This document shows, piece by piece, positions 21,899-30,930 of a stretch of DNA of 64,000 bases. Origin of the DNA: an uncultured Pseudomonadota bacterium (GTDB lineage Bacteria; Vulcanimicrobiota; Vulcanimicrobiia; Eremiobacterales; Eremiobacteraceae). The stretch spans positions 1,856,001-1,920,000 of the forward strand of contig CAVTNB010000001.1 of the NCBI GenBank assembly GCA_963736005.1, given 5' to 3'. The translations under genes and the position numbers were made by a program. Within the stretch, counting starts at the first letter, position 1; each line of letters begins with the position of its first letter. Under the pieces are notes generated by a model. The model made no database searches. It was not told where the DNA came from and worked only from the letters and a program-made list of their open reading frames with translations.

Positions 21899-23128
21899 TT
21901 GGCGGTACGAATCTTTCTGGGCGCAGCCCTCATCACCATCATCGTCGCGGTCTTTTTGACTGCCTCGCAAGGCCCCGCGCTCCGCGATACGGTCCTCGTT
22001 GTCGCCGTTGTGATCGCGCTTGTGCTGGCAGTCTTCTTAGCTCCGGTCTTGCAGCGGCCGCTTGCAGACCGTCCATCGGAGGCAATGGCGGCGCCGCCGA
22101 CCGGACCCAGCCTCGATCACATTCTCGACGCCCTTCCGGCAGGCGTTATTACCATCGCAGCGGATGGAAGAATCGTCGTCTTCAACGCAGCGGCGGGAGA
22201 GATGTTCGGTGTGGTTGCGGATCGCGCCAGCGGACGCACTTTGATCGAAATCGTGCGCAATTCGGAACTCGATCGGCGCGTCAGCGCGACATTGCGAGAC
22301 GGAACGACTGAGACGATCGAGCTGACGCACGTCGGCGCTGTGGAGCGCCGGCTGCAAGTCATGACGCGTCCCCTCAATGGCGACCTCAAGCCAGGTGTTT
22401 TGGTCATCGTGACGGACCAAACGCGGATGCGCGAGTTAGAGGCCCTGCGCCGCGAATTTGTCTCCAACGTTTCGCACGAACTGCGTACGCCTCTTACCTC
22501 GGTCAAACTCATGGTCGAAACGCTGCAAAGCGGAGTCGATCTTCTGGCGCAAGAGCAATTTCTAGCAAACATTGGCGCTGAGACCGATCGTATGATTGTC
22601 CTCGTGGAGGACTTGTTGGATCTCGCGCGCCTGGAAAGCCGAAAGCTCGAGCTGCGGCTGAGCACGGTTGACGTGAGCGAGCTCGGCCGGCAAGCGGTTG
22701 CGGCGCAACGTCCGCGGGCGACGGCAGCGCAGATCAATTTGGTCTTTTCGGCTCCGCAAACCTCGCTCCCGATCCTAGCGGATCGAGACAAGCTCTACCA
22801 AGTGCTCACCAATCTGCTCGACAATGCGTTGCGCCACACTCCGGCGCAGGGCAACGTCACCTTAACGGTGGCTGCCCACGATGGAGAGATCACAATCGAG
22901 GTCGCTGATACCGGTTCGGGCATCGCATCGAGCGCACTGCCGCATATCTTCGAACGGTTTTATGTCGTGGACCCGGCTCGGGCCCGCGGTCATTCGGGAA
23001 CGGGTTTGGGTCTTGCGATCGTGAAACACATCATAGAGGCCCACGGTGGCACCATCGCAGCGGAAAGCGAACTGGGTGCGGGCTCAATCTTTCGCTGTAC
23101 GCTGCCCGTGGGTTTACAAACAAGCTAA
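21899..23128 (+). CDS. phoR: Phosphate sensor histidine kinase (2 TM, PAS, HisKA, HATPase)
   Basis: EFVSNVSHELRTPLT, NLLDNA, DTGSGI, IFERFY, GTGLGLAI; TTG start. Confidence 0.9.
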   Translation: MAVRIFLGAALITIIVAVFLTASQGPALRDTVLVVAVVIALVLAVFLAPVLQRPLADRPSEAMAAPPTGPSLDHILDALPAGVITIAADGRIVVFNAAAGEMFGVVADRASGRTLIEIVRNSELDRRVSATLRDGTTETIELTHVGAVERRLQVMTRPLNGDLKPGVLVIVTDQTRMRELEALRREFVSNVSHELRTPLTSVKLMVETLQSGVDLLAQEQFLANIGAETDRMIVLVEDLLDLARLESRKLELRLSTVDVSELGRQAVAAQRPRATAAQINLVFSAPQTSLPILADRDKLYQVLTNLLDNALRHTPAQGNVTLTVAAHDGEITIEVADTGSGIASSALPHIFERFYVVDPARARGHSGTGLGLAIVKHIIEAHGGTIAAESELGAGSIFRCTLPVGLQTS

Positions 23129-23141
23129 GCGGTCCTATAAT
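23113..23141 (+). promoter_or_regulatory. Sigma70-type promoter for phoU
   Basis: TTTACA (23113-18), 17-bp spacer, TATAAT (23136-41). Confidence 0.75.
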
Positions 23142-23156
23142 GCAATGGAATACTGT

Positions 23157-23182
23157 GTAGCAGCGGACCTTTAGGGTCCGCT
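23157..23182 (+). repeat. REP-like hairpin, family A
   Basis: GTAGCAGCGGACCTTTAGGGTCCGCT; one base longer than 933-957. Confidence 0.75.
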
Positions 23183-23200
23183 CACGAGGTACCGCCAACT

Positions 23201-23944
23201 TTGGGTCGTGAGAACTTTCATCGGATCCTGGACGAAACGCAGCAAAACGTTCTGCGCATGGGCAGTTTGGTTGAAGAAGCGATCACCAAAGCGGTGGACG
23301 CATTGTCGCGCAGCGACGTCAAGCTTGCCGATGAGATCTTACGGGCCGACGATTACATTGACGACCTCAATGTTCTGATCGAGACGAACTGCCTGAATCT
23401 GCTGGCTTTGCAGCAGCCCATGGCGAGCGACTTGCGCACCATCGCGGCCATGCTCGACATCATCATCGACCTCGAGCGGATCGGCGACCACGCCTGCGAC
23501 ATTGCCCAGATCACCAAGAACCTTGCCAACGAACCGCAGCTCAAACCGCCCATCGACATTCCCCTGATGGCGGCAAAGGCCCGCGAAATGCTGCGGGAAT
23601 CCCTCGACGCGTTTTCCCATCACGACGCCGAGATGGCCCATGCCGTGCCGCAAAAGGACGACGAGGTCGACCGCCTCTATCGCAAAGTGTTCGCCGAGCT
23701 CATCCAGTTCATGACGAAGGACGCCAAGGCGATTGGCCGCGCCAGCAATCTGCTTTTAGTGGCATTGTATCTCGAGCGCATTGCCGACCACGCAACAAAC
23801 ATCTGCGAGCGCGTCGTTTACATGGTGGAGGGAGTGCCAAGAAAGCTCAAGCGGTCGGTTGTGGAGTTTGACCAGGTGCTCGCCCACAGCGATGAAATCA
23901 TGCAGTCGAGTCCAGGTTCAGTGGACCAACCAGCGGGAGGTTAG
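23201..23944 (+). CDS. phoU: Phosphate signalling protein PhoU
   Basis: QQPMASDLR, DLERIGDHA, DDEVD, LERIADHATNI. Confidence 0.96.
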   Translation: MGRENFHRILDETQQNVLRMGSLVEEAITKAVDALSRSDVKLADEILRADDYIDDLNVLIETNCLNLLALQQPMASDLRTIAAMLDIIIDLERIGDHACDIAQITKNLANEPQLKPPIDIPLMAAKAREMLRESLDAFSHHDAEMAHAVPQKDDEVDRLYRKVFAELIQFMTKDAKAIGRASNLLLVALYLERIADHATNICERVVYMVEGVPRKLKRSVVEFDQVLAHSDEIMQSSPGSVDQPAGG

Positions 23945-23951
23945 GTGAGGT

Positions 23952-24005
23952 CTTAACCTTGCTTAACATGCCCTTAACCTACGCTTGACATCCCTCCGTT
24001 ATCGT
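23952..24005 (+). promoter_or_regulatory. Pho box array plus -10 element for pstS
   Basis: TTAAC at 23953, 23963, 23974 and TTGAC at 23985; TATCGT at 24000. Confidence 0.8.
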
Positions 24006-24080
24006 CGTATTGAGCGTCGTAGAGCATGGCTCCCCTCGGGCCGCCTCTAGTCGGCGTTGCCTCACCGACAGGAGCAAACA

Positions 24081-25115
24081 GTGAATCGTCAACGTTTCTT
24101 ATCGTGGTTCTCAATCTTCGGCCTGCTTATGTTCGCAGCGGTCGGCATTGCCTCGGCCGATCAGCAAATCACGGGCGCAGGTTCGTCGTTTGACAACCCG
24201 TTCTTCCAGCGAGCGTTTTACGAGTACAGCAAAAACAACAGCGGCGTGCAGGTCAACTATCAAAGTATTGGGTCCGGCGGCGGCATCCAACAGTTTACCG
24301 CCAAGACGGTTGACTTTGGCGCTTCGGACGTGCCGCTCCAACCAGCGGAGATGAAAGCGGCTCAAGCATCCAATGGTGACGTCGTCCAGGTTCCCGTCAC
24401 CTTGGGCGGCGTGGTGGTCGCGTACAACGTGCCAAACGTTAACAATCTGAAACTAACCCCCGACGTGCTCGCCGACATCATGCTCGGCAACATCACGAAT
24501 TGGAACGACCCGCGCATCGGCCGCTTGAACCCTGGCGTCACATTTCCGAACCTTCCGATCCTCGTCGTCCATCGCGCGGATGGCAGCGGCACGACGTATA
24601 TTTTCACCGACTATCTGAGCAAGGTAAGCGCCGACTGGAAAAACAAGGTCGGCAACGCAAAGGTGGTCAGCTGGCCAGCGGCGTCGTCGGTTGGAGTCAA
24701 AGGCAACGAGGGAGTCGCTGGGCAAATTAGCAACACTCCCGGCGCGATTGGGTACGTCGAGCTCGCGTATGCGCTTGATAGCAAAATCTCATACGCGGCG
24801 ATCCGCAACAGCGCAGGCCAGTTTGTCGTTCCGACCGTCGATACCGTCCGAAACGCGGCTGCGCACAAACCGAGCGTGAGCCCGCAAGACTTCTCGATCG
24901 TCAACATGCCAGGGGCGGACAGCTATCCGATCTGCGGCTATTCCTGGGTGATGTTGTGGAAGAACCAGTCCGACGCGGCCAAGGGACAAACGCTCGTCAG
25001 TCTCTTCCGATGGCTGGTGACAGATGGACAGGCATTGGCAGTCCGGGTTCGCTACGTCAGTCTGCCGGCGAACGTGCAGGCGGAGGCAACGAAGGCGCTG
25101 GCCAGCATCCACTAG
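24081..25115 (+). CDS. pstS: Phosphate ABC transporter substrate-binding protein
   Basis: TGAGSSF, YQSIGSGGG, DFGASD, HRADGSGTT, GYVE; GTG start after CAGGAG. Confidence 0.97.
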   Translation: MNRQRFLSWFSIFGLLMFAAVGIASADQQITGAGSSFDNPFFQRAFYEYSKNNSGVQVNYQSIGSGGGIQQFTAKTVDFGASDVPLQPAEMKAAQASNGDVVQVPVTLGGVVVAYNVPNVNNLKLTPDVLADIMLGNITNWNDPRIGRLNPGVTFPNLPILVVHRADGSGTTYIFTDYLSKVSADWKNKVGNAKVVSWPAASSVGVKGNEGVAGQISNTPGAIGYVELAYALDSKISYAAIRNSAGQFVVPTVDTVRNAAAHKPSVSPQDFSIVNMPGADSYPICGYSWVMLWKNQSDAAKGQTLVSLFRWLVTDGQALAVRVRYVSLPANVQAEATKALASIH

Positions 25116-25145
25116 TACATCCACCGGTTCCAAGACCTAAGTTCG

Positions 25146-25193
25146 GGAAGGCGGTGCGGCCCTGGCTAACAAACCAGCGCATCGCCTTCCTTT
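25146..25193 (+). terminator. Stem-loop between pstS and pstC (partial terminator or mRNA stabiliser)
   Basis: GGAAGGCGGTGCG pairs with CGCATCGCCTTCC, followed by TTT. Confidence 0.65.
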
Positions 25194-25223
25194 GATACAA
25201 GAGATGACGGACGGTCAAGATCG

Positions 25224-26210
25224 ATGACCCAGAATGGCGCCGACGTTGTGCGTGTACCAGCGGTTACGACGCCGGCGCGTTTGCGTTCGTCCTCAAACCC
25301 CATCGGCGATCGTATCGTGATTGGCGCCTTCTCGGTAAGCGCATGGCTCGTGCTGCTCATGGTCGTCTGGTTATTTGTCACGCTGCTGATTGCAGCGTGG
25401 CCTGGCATCAAGACGGTGGGCATCCACGCGTTTCAAAGCGCTACCTGGGATCCGACGGGCCGTCGATACGGGCTCCTCTCCTTCATTTACGGCACTGCGG
25501 TCACGTCTGCAATCGCGCTCGTGTTGGCTGGGCCAGTCGGCATCGGCGCAGCCCTCCTTTTGGCGGAGATCGCGCCGCGCAGGTTGGCGACACCGGTTGC
25601 CATGCTCATCGAGCTGCTAGCGGCGGTTCCGAGCGTGGTCTTCGGCATTTGGGGTCTCTTTGTGCTCGCACCCGTGATGCGGACCGTGGTCGAACCGGCC
25701 CTCGCGCGCACGCTTGGCTTTCTTCCCCTATTCCAAGGCTACTTTTACGGCGTGGGCATGCTGACCGCAGGCATTTTGCTCGCCATCATGGTGCTCCCAA
25801 CCGTGTCGGCCATCTCTCGCGATATCTTCGAGGCCGTGCCGCGCGACCAACGCGAAGCCATGTACGCGCTGGGAGCCACCAAATGGGAAGTACTAACCCG
25901 CGCGGTCATCCCCTATGCGCGCCCGGGTATTATTGGAGCCCTCGTTCTCGCTCTCGGCCGCGCGATGGGCGAGGCGATGGCCGTGGTGATGGTCATTGGC
26001 AACAAGCCGGCAATTTCGATGTCGCTTTTTTCTCCCGCGTACACGCTGGCCTCCGTTCTGGCCAATGAATTCAGCGAGGCGACGGGGCAAGAATACGTTT
26101 CCGTGCTCGTCGGCATCGGGTCGATGCTCTTCATCGTTAGTATGATCGTCAACGTGTTCGCGCGACTGTTGGTGCGCGGCGTGCGCGGGCCAAAGGGTAC
26201 GCGGGCCTGA
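25224..26210 (+). CDS. pstC: Phosphate ABC transporter permease PstC
   Basis: ELLAAVPSVVFGIWG, REAMYALGAT, GRAMGEAMAV. Confidence 0.97.
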   Translation: MTQNGADVVRVPAVTTPARLRSSSNPIGDRIVIGAFSVSAWLVLLMVVWLFVTLLIAAWPGIKTVGIHAFQSATWDPTGRRYGLLSFIYGTAVTSAIALVLAGPVGIGAALLLAEIAPRRLATPVAMLIELLAAVPSVVFGIWGLFVLAPVMRTVVEPALARTLGFLPLFQGYFYGVGMLTAGILLAIMVLPTVSAISRDIFEAVPRDQREAMYALGATKWEVLTRAVIPYARPGIIGALVLALGRAMGEAMAVVMVIGNKPAISMSLFSPAYTLASVLANEFSEATGQEYVSVLVGIGSMLFIVSMIVNVFARLLVRGVRGPKGTRA

Positions 26211-27046
26211 TGTCGCTCTTCGTCCGGCAAGCTTGGAACGCAATCATGCTTGTCGTGGCATGGTTATGCGCTGGAGTAGCCGCCGCGTTGCTCGCGCTGA
26301 TCGTGATCTATGTTATTCAACGCGGTGGACCGGCGCTCAACGTACAGTTCTTCACGCATCTTCCGACCCCGGTTGGGATCCCAGGCGGCGGCGTCGCCAA
26401 TGCTGCTGTCGGGTCGCTCATGATCATCGCGATGTCTTCGGCGATCGCGATCCCGATTGGAGTCCTGGCCGGGATTTATCTGGCGCTGCTCGGGCGCGGC
26501 TGGTTGGCGCAAGCCGTGCGATTCCTCAGCGACGTCTTGACTGGCGTGCCCTCGATTGCCATCGGGTTGTTTGCCTATACCATCATCGTTGTACCCCAGC
26601 GCCATTTCTCCGCGATCTCTGCCGCGGTCGCGCTCGCCGTCATCATGTTGCCCATTGTCGTGCGCACCACGGAGGAGGCCGTCCGACTTGTGAACCCGGC
26701 AATTCGAGAGGGCGCCCTTGCCCTCGGGATGGAGGCGTGGAAGGCGATCGTGCTGGTCACCGTACCCTGTGCGCGCGCCGGCATCGTGACGGGTTCACTT
26801 CTCGGGATCGCACGCGTTGCCGGTGAGTCGGCACCGCTGCTGTTTACCGCTTTTGGCAGTCAGTTCTGGAGTTTGAATCCCAACGGACCAACGGCTGCGC
26901 TGCCGCTACTCGTCTTTCAATATGCCATCGCGCCGTACAAAGATTGGCAGCTCGCGGCCTGGGGTGGCGCGTTGACGCTGATTCTCCTTGTTTTTGTGCT
27001 CAACATTACCGCCCGGATTATTTTCCCGGCACGGCTGCCACGATGA
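26210..27046 (+). CDS. pstA: Phosphate ABC transporter permease PstA
   Basis: [37 protein letters not shown]. Confidence 0.97.
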   Translation: MSLFVRQAWNAIMLVVAWLCAGVAAALLALIVIYVIQRGGPALNVQFFTHLPTPVGIPGGGVANAAVGSLMIIAMSSAIAIPIGVLAGIYLALLGRGWLAQAVRFLSDVLTGVPSIAIGLFAYTIIVVPQRHFSAISAAVALAVIMLPIVVRTTEEAVRLVNPAIREGALALGMEAWKAIVLVTVPCARAGIVTGSLLGIARVAGESAPLLFTAFGSQFWSLNPNGPTAALPLLVFQYAIAPYKDWQLAAWGGALTLILLVFVLNITARIIFPARLPR

Positions 27047-27840
27047 GCAACGCAACCGAAGCGGCAGAGAAATCTCTCTATACCAAAAATCTCAGCGCCT
27101 GGTATGGCACGCACCTTGCCGTCCGGGGCGTCTCAATGGATTTTCGGCCTGGTCAGATCACGGCGCTCATCGGCCCATCCGGATGCGGCAAGTCGACACT
27201 GCTCCGCTGTCTCAATCGCATGCACGAGATCATTCCTGGAACGCGGGTCGAGGGCGAAGTTTGCCTGGATGGTCAAAACCTTTACGAGCCGGGGGTCAAT
27301 CCGACCGCCATGCGGCAGCGCATCGGCATGGTCTTTCAACGGCCCAACCCATTTCCAACGATGTCGATCCTCGAGAACGTGCTCGCGGGCGTGCGCTTGA
27401 CGAATATGACGAGAAACCGTGGCGTCCTCGCCGAGCTTGCCGAACACAGCCTTCGGAAGGCCGCGCTTTGGAACGAAGTCAAGGATAAGCTGCATGACTC
27501 CGGCGCGTCACTCTCCGGCGGTCAGCAGCAGCGGCTGTGCATCGCGCGCGCGCTCGCCGTCGAACCGGAGGTGCTGCTGATGGACGAGCCGGCATCTGCG
27601 CTCGATCCCATTTCAACGACCAAGATCGAAGACTTAATGCGTGAGCTCAAAGGCGCGTACACGTTCATCATCGTCACGCACAACATGCAGCAAGCGGCGC
27701 GTGTGTCGGACTTCACCGGATTTTTGCTCGCAGGCGAAAATGAACCCGGTCAGCTTATCGAGTTTGACGTGTCCTCAAAGATCTTCACGACCCCAAAAGA
27801 TAAGCGGACCGAAGACTACATCACTGGCCGTTTCGGCTAG
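27043..27840 (+). CDS. pstB: Phosphate ABC transporter ATPase PstB (canonical)
   Basis: [44 protein letters not shown]. Confidence 0.98.
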   Translation: MSNATEAAEKSLYTKNLSAWYGTHLAVRGVSMDFRPGQITALIGPSGCGKSTLLRCLNRMHEIIPGTRVEGEVCLDGQNLYEPGVNPTAMRQRIGMVFQRPNPFPTMSILENVLAGVRLTNMTRNRGVLAELAEHSLRKAALWNEVKDKLHDSGASLSGGQQQRLCIARALAVEPEVLLMDEPASALDPISTTKIEDLMRELKGAYTFIIVTHNMQQAARVSDFTGFLLAGENEPGQLIEFDVSSKIFTTPKDKRTEDYITGRFG

Positions 27841-27872
27841 ATAACGTGACCTTAACGTCGCCTCTGTAGAAT
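27841..27872 (+). promoter_or_regulatory. Putative Pho-dependent promoter downstream of pstB
   Basis: ATAAC 27841, TTAAC 27852, TAGAAT 27867 (same 15-nt offset as the other three promoters). Confidence 0.55.
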
Positions 27873-27878
27873 AGATGC

Positions 27879-27972
27879 CGGGCGGAATCGCTTCCGTCTT
27901 AGAACGCTCAATCGGACTCCTAGCGCAACTCCCGATAGAGGCCGCACCGACACGCCGGTGCGGCCTCTTCTC
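27879..27972 (+). ncRNA. Candidate small RNA, about 90 nt
   Basis: Own promoter, 5' hairpin 27880-27899, C-rich middle with CTCCT, 13-bp 3' hairpin; no family recognised. Confidence 0.4.
27937..27972 (+). terminator. 13-bp GC-rich hairpin, likely terminator
   Basis: AGAGGCCGCACCG-ACACGC-CGGTGCGGCCTCT followed by TCTC (weak U tract). Confidence 0.65.
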
Positions 27973-27981
27973 ATGCAAAAC

Positions 27982-28036
27982 ATTAAGCCATTCTTAACTC
28001 ATACATTATGCATCGTTAATCCAACGACGGTAATCT
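27982..28036 (+). promoter_or_regulatory. Pho box array plus -10 element for the TonB-dependent receptor
   Basis: TTAAG 27983, TTAAC 27994, degenerate unit near 28005, TTAAT 28016; TAATCT at 28031. Confidence 0.7.
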
Positions 28037-28096
28037 AAAACGGCAGACTTTATAAGACCCTGTTGGGCTCGTTGTCGCGTTGGGAGTGAAAAAAAC

Positions 28097-30796
28097 ATGC
28101 GTTTGGATAGATGTGCTGCTCTTTTCGCCGCCCTTGCCATGCTGTTGGGGCTGTCGCCATTGACCGCGGTGGCCGATACGGCCTCGGGCACGAGCGTTGT
28201 GGGCTCGATCGTCGACACGGACGGCGGGCTAGCCATTCCAGGTGCGGGTATCGATTTGTACTGCCAAGGCGCGCATGTACAGCACACAACCACCGCGCGG
28301 GACGGATCGTTTTTCTTCAACGACGTGACCCCGGGGGTGTGCACGCTCTTGGTCACGGCATCGGGCTACCAATTGGCTCGGTCGGCAAACATTCCGGTGG
28401 CTGCCGGAGCGCGGGTCGAGTTCCGCGTCGCCTTGACGAGGATATCATCCGCGGCTGCAGCACGCACGATTGGCCGGGTTATCGTCGCAGCTTCGAACAC
28501 GCTGCAAACCAGCTCGACCATCAACACGCACATCGATCCCAGCATCCTGCAGACGCAGAATTACATGCGGGCGGGCGATGCGCTCATCTCCGTCCCGGGT
28601 GTCAACATAGCAACGAGTTCCTCGCTTGGCGACGACCAGTCCGTCAGCATTCGTGGATTCGAAGCGACTGAAACTGCGACGCTGCTCGACGGCCATCCCA
28701 TTGGGCCGATTGGTGCCTTGGGCAACGGTTTTGATTATCAGGACTCGCCTTTTTTCGGGATCCGCGATATTGAAACGGTCTTCGGCTCGGGGGCAACCGG
28801 AGTCTATGGCGCATCAACGATTGCCGGTGCGGTCAACTTTCTGACCATCAACCCGACCCCGCAGATCCACGCGCTCTTCGAGCAAGGCGCGGGCTCCTAC
28901 GGGAAAGCTCTTACCGGCATACAGACGACCGGGACAGAAAACAAACTCGGATTTGCCTTCTCCCACGGCGTCGAGGGAACGTACGGTCTTTTTCCGCCAT
29001 CCGATCAGGTTGAATCCGGACTCAACGGATCGGACATCCGTGCCGCGACGTTCGCAACGAACACCTATGTCGTGAGCAGTGATTACGTCCTTCGAAACGA
29101 TGTCGGCAAGCTGACGTACGCATTTTCACCGAAGACCAATTTTTTGCTCAGCGCGTACTCCGCGACCACCTGGGATGACAAGAGTGGCAATGGTGATAAT
29201 GACTTTCTCACCTATCAGCAGAACCTCTACAATACGTTCAAGGGGCTCAATGGTAATGGTGGCAAATCCAGCGTTTGCCTCAGCAGCTGCGGAACGCCCC
29301 AAGAAGTCGACGGCAATTGTTCCAATTTCACCCAAGCAGCCCTGAGCGATGCCCCAGCCGGCTTCTCGTGCCTGAACCCGTACAAGTTTTCTCAGGAGAC
29401 TTCGGGGCCCTCAGGCGGCGGCGGCGGCCCTTGGCAGGCGATTCGCAACCAAGACTATCACGCGCGGCTCACGCAAGGGTTGGGGCAGGGCCAAATCAAC
29501 GTCGACACTTACATCGACAAATACGGATTAGACTACAACCGTGCCGCAGCAAACCAGTCGTTCCATAGCGACTTCTATCGAACGACGGGTTTGCTCATCG
29601 ACGATGAGTTTGCGAGCACGCTGCATAACATCGCATTCGGCTACAACTATCAGCACCAGCAGCACACCGGCGACACGTTCCCGTTCTTTGATCAGAACGG
29701 CAATCAGTTTAACATTTTGGCCGCGAACCAAGAGTTTGACCTCAACCAAAATAATTTCTTCGCGCGCGACGAATACACGCCGAATTCGAAACTCTCGATC
29801 TTTGCAAATCTCTGGCTTAATCACTCGGCCAATACGGGTAAGAACTCGTTCGACCCGCGCCTGACATTCCAATTTCGCCCAACCGGCGTGGATATCGTTC
29901 GACTGACGGCGGGGCATTCCAACAGCGAGCCGGATCCATCGCTCCTCTATGCGATGCCGTCGTACAACACGACCCCCAACAACATCAATCCACTGTGCGG
30001 CGCACAACTCAACGGGATAGGGAGCGTCAGCAATCCGACGCTCTCACCGGAGACGGCTACCGACGCAGAGGTCTCCTACGGGCGGCGAATCGGATTGCTC
30101 GATACCCTCGAAGTGGACGTGTATAATACGACAGAGTTCAACGCTCTGTTCAGCGGCAATCTGCCGCTGTCAGCACTGGGGAGCACGCAGGTGCCGCCAA
30201 GTCTCATCGCCGCCTATCTCAGACGCATCCAGAATTTTTGCCATAACAACCCCACGGTTGCCGACCTCGCGGTGAGCACGACGTACAACGCGGCGTCAGC
30301 GCGCTATCGTGGTATTCAGCTTTCGGGCAATTTCGGGCTTCTGCCTCATTTTACGGCGAACGCAGATTATGACGTCCAATCGTCAACCTATCTTGGCGTT
30401 CCCGACGCGATCCTTGCCTCCAATGTGACCATCATTAACGGCTCGCAGATCTACGGGATTCCGCTCCACAAAGCCAACTTGGGCTTCGACTACAACACCC
30501 CAAGCGGTCTCGACGTCGAAATCGACGGGCACTATATTGGAGATGGCAACAGTTACAACCGTCCGCATTTCATCTTCACCAATGCAAGCATTTCCCAGCA
30601 GGCCAACCGCATCACGACAACGCTGGGCATCAACAACATCTTCAACACCGCTGCGCAGCGCTACGGCTATTTCGGACTTGGTGTGTTTCAACCCGAGAAC
30701 AAATTCGGCGCAGACCAAAATGCCTTCGATCAGAGCAGCGAAGAATTTGGTATCCCGCCGCTTCAGTACTTCTTCACGATGACGTACAAGGTCTAG
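28097..30796 (+). CDS. TonB-dependent receptor with N-terminal carboxypeptidase-regulatory-like domain
   Basis: Signal peptide, plug motifs (VPGV, SIRG, LLDGHP, AGAVNFLT), LSPETA, GINNIFN, terminal amphipathic beta strand. Confidence 0.9.
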   Translation: MRLDRCAALFAALAMLLGLSPLTAVADTASGTSVVGSIVDTDGGLAIPGAGIDLYCQGAHVQHTTTARDGSFFFNDVTPGVCTLLVTASGYQLARSANIPVAAGARVEFRVALTRISSAAAARTIGRVIVAASNTLQTSSTINTHIDPSILQTQNYMRAGDALISVPGVNIATSSSLGDDQSVSIRGFEATETATLLDGHPIGPIGALGNGFDYQDSPFFGIRDIETVFGSGATGVYGASTIAGAVNFLTINPTPQIHALFEQGAGSYGKALTGIQTTGTENKLGFAFSHGVEGTYGLFPPSDQVESGLNGSDIRAATFATNTYVVSSDYVLRNDVGKLTYAFSPKTNFLLSAYSATTWDDKSGNGDNDFLTYQQNLYNTFKGLNGNGGKSSVCLSSCGTPQEVDGNCSNFTQAALSDAPAGFSCLNPYKFSQETSGPSGGGGGPWQAIRNQDYHARLTQGLGQGQINVDTYIDKYGLDYNRAAANQSFHSDFYRTTGLLIDDEFASTLHNIAFGYNYQHQQHTGDTFPFFDQNGNQFNILAANQEFDLNQNNFFARDEYTPNSKLSIFANLWLNHSANTGKNSFDPRLTFQFRPTGVDIVRLTAGHSNSEPDPSLLYAMPSYNTTPNNINPLCGAQLNGIGSVSNPTLSPETATDAEVSYGRRIGLLDTLEVDVYNTTEFNALFSGNLPLSALGSTQVPPSLIAAYLRRIQNFCHNNPTVADLAVSTTYNAASARYRGIQLSGNFGLLPHFTANADYDVQSSTYLGVPDAILASNVTIINGSQIYGIPLHKANLGFDYNTPSGLDVEIDGHYIGDGNSYNRPHFIFTNASISQQANRITTTLGINNIFNTAAQRYGYFGLGVFQPENKFGADQNAFDQSSEEFGIPPLQYFFTMTYKV

Positions 30797-30799
30797 GTG

Positions 30800-30853
30800 A
30801 TTAAGCCGCCTTAACCCGCAGTTGATAGTTCCTTAATGTTCGGCCCGTAGACT
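30800..30853 (+). promoter_or_regulatory. Pho box array plus -10 element for the SLH porin
   Basis: TTAAG 30801, TTAAC 30811, TTGAT 30822, TTAAT 30833 (10-11-11 spacing as at pstS); TAGACT at 30848. Confidence 0.75.
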
Positions 30854-30930
30854 ACAAGCACGCAGTGCCTTAGCGACGGGCCTACTTCTTGTTCGCCTCA
30901 CCATTGAGTCTTTAGAAAAGGATACGTTCA

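Noticed and set aside
23985..24013. TTGACA as an ordinary -35 for pstS
   Set aside because: The hexamer 17 bp downstream (TATTGA) lacks the final T; TTGAC fits better as the fourth Pho repeat
27875..27997. 40-codon ORF MPGGIASV...
   Set aside because: ATG lies only 2 nt after the -10 hexamer, has no RBS and runs through the terminator hairpin
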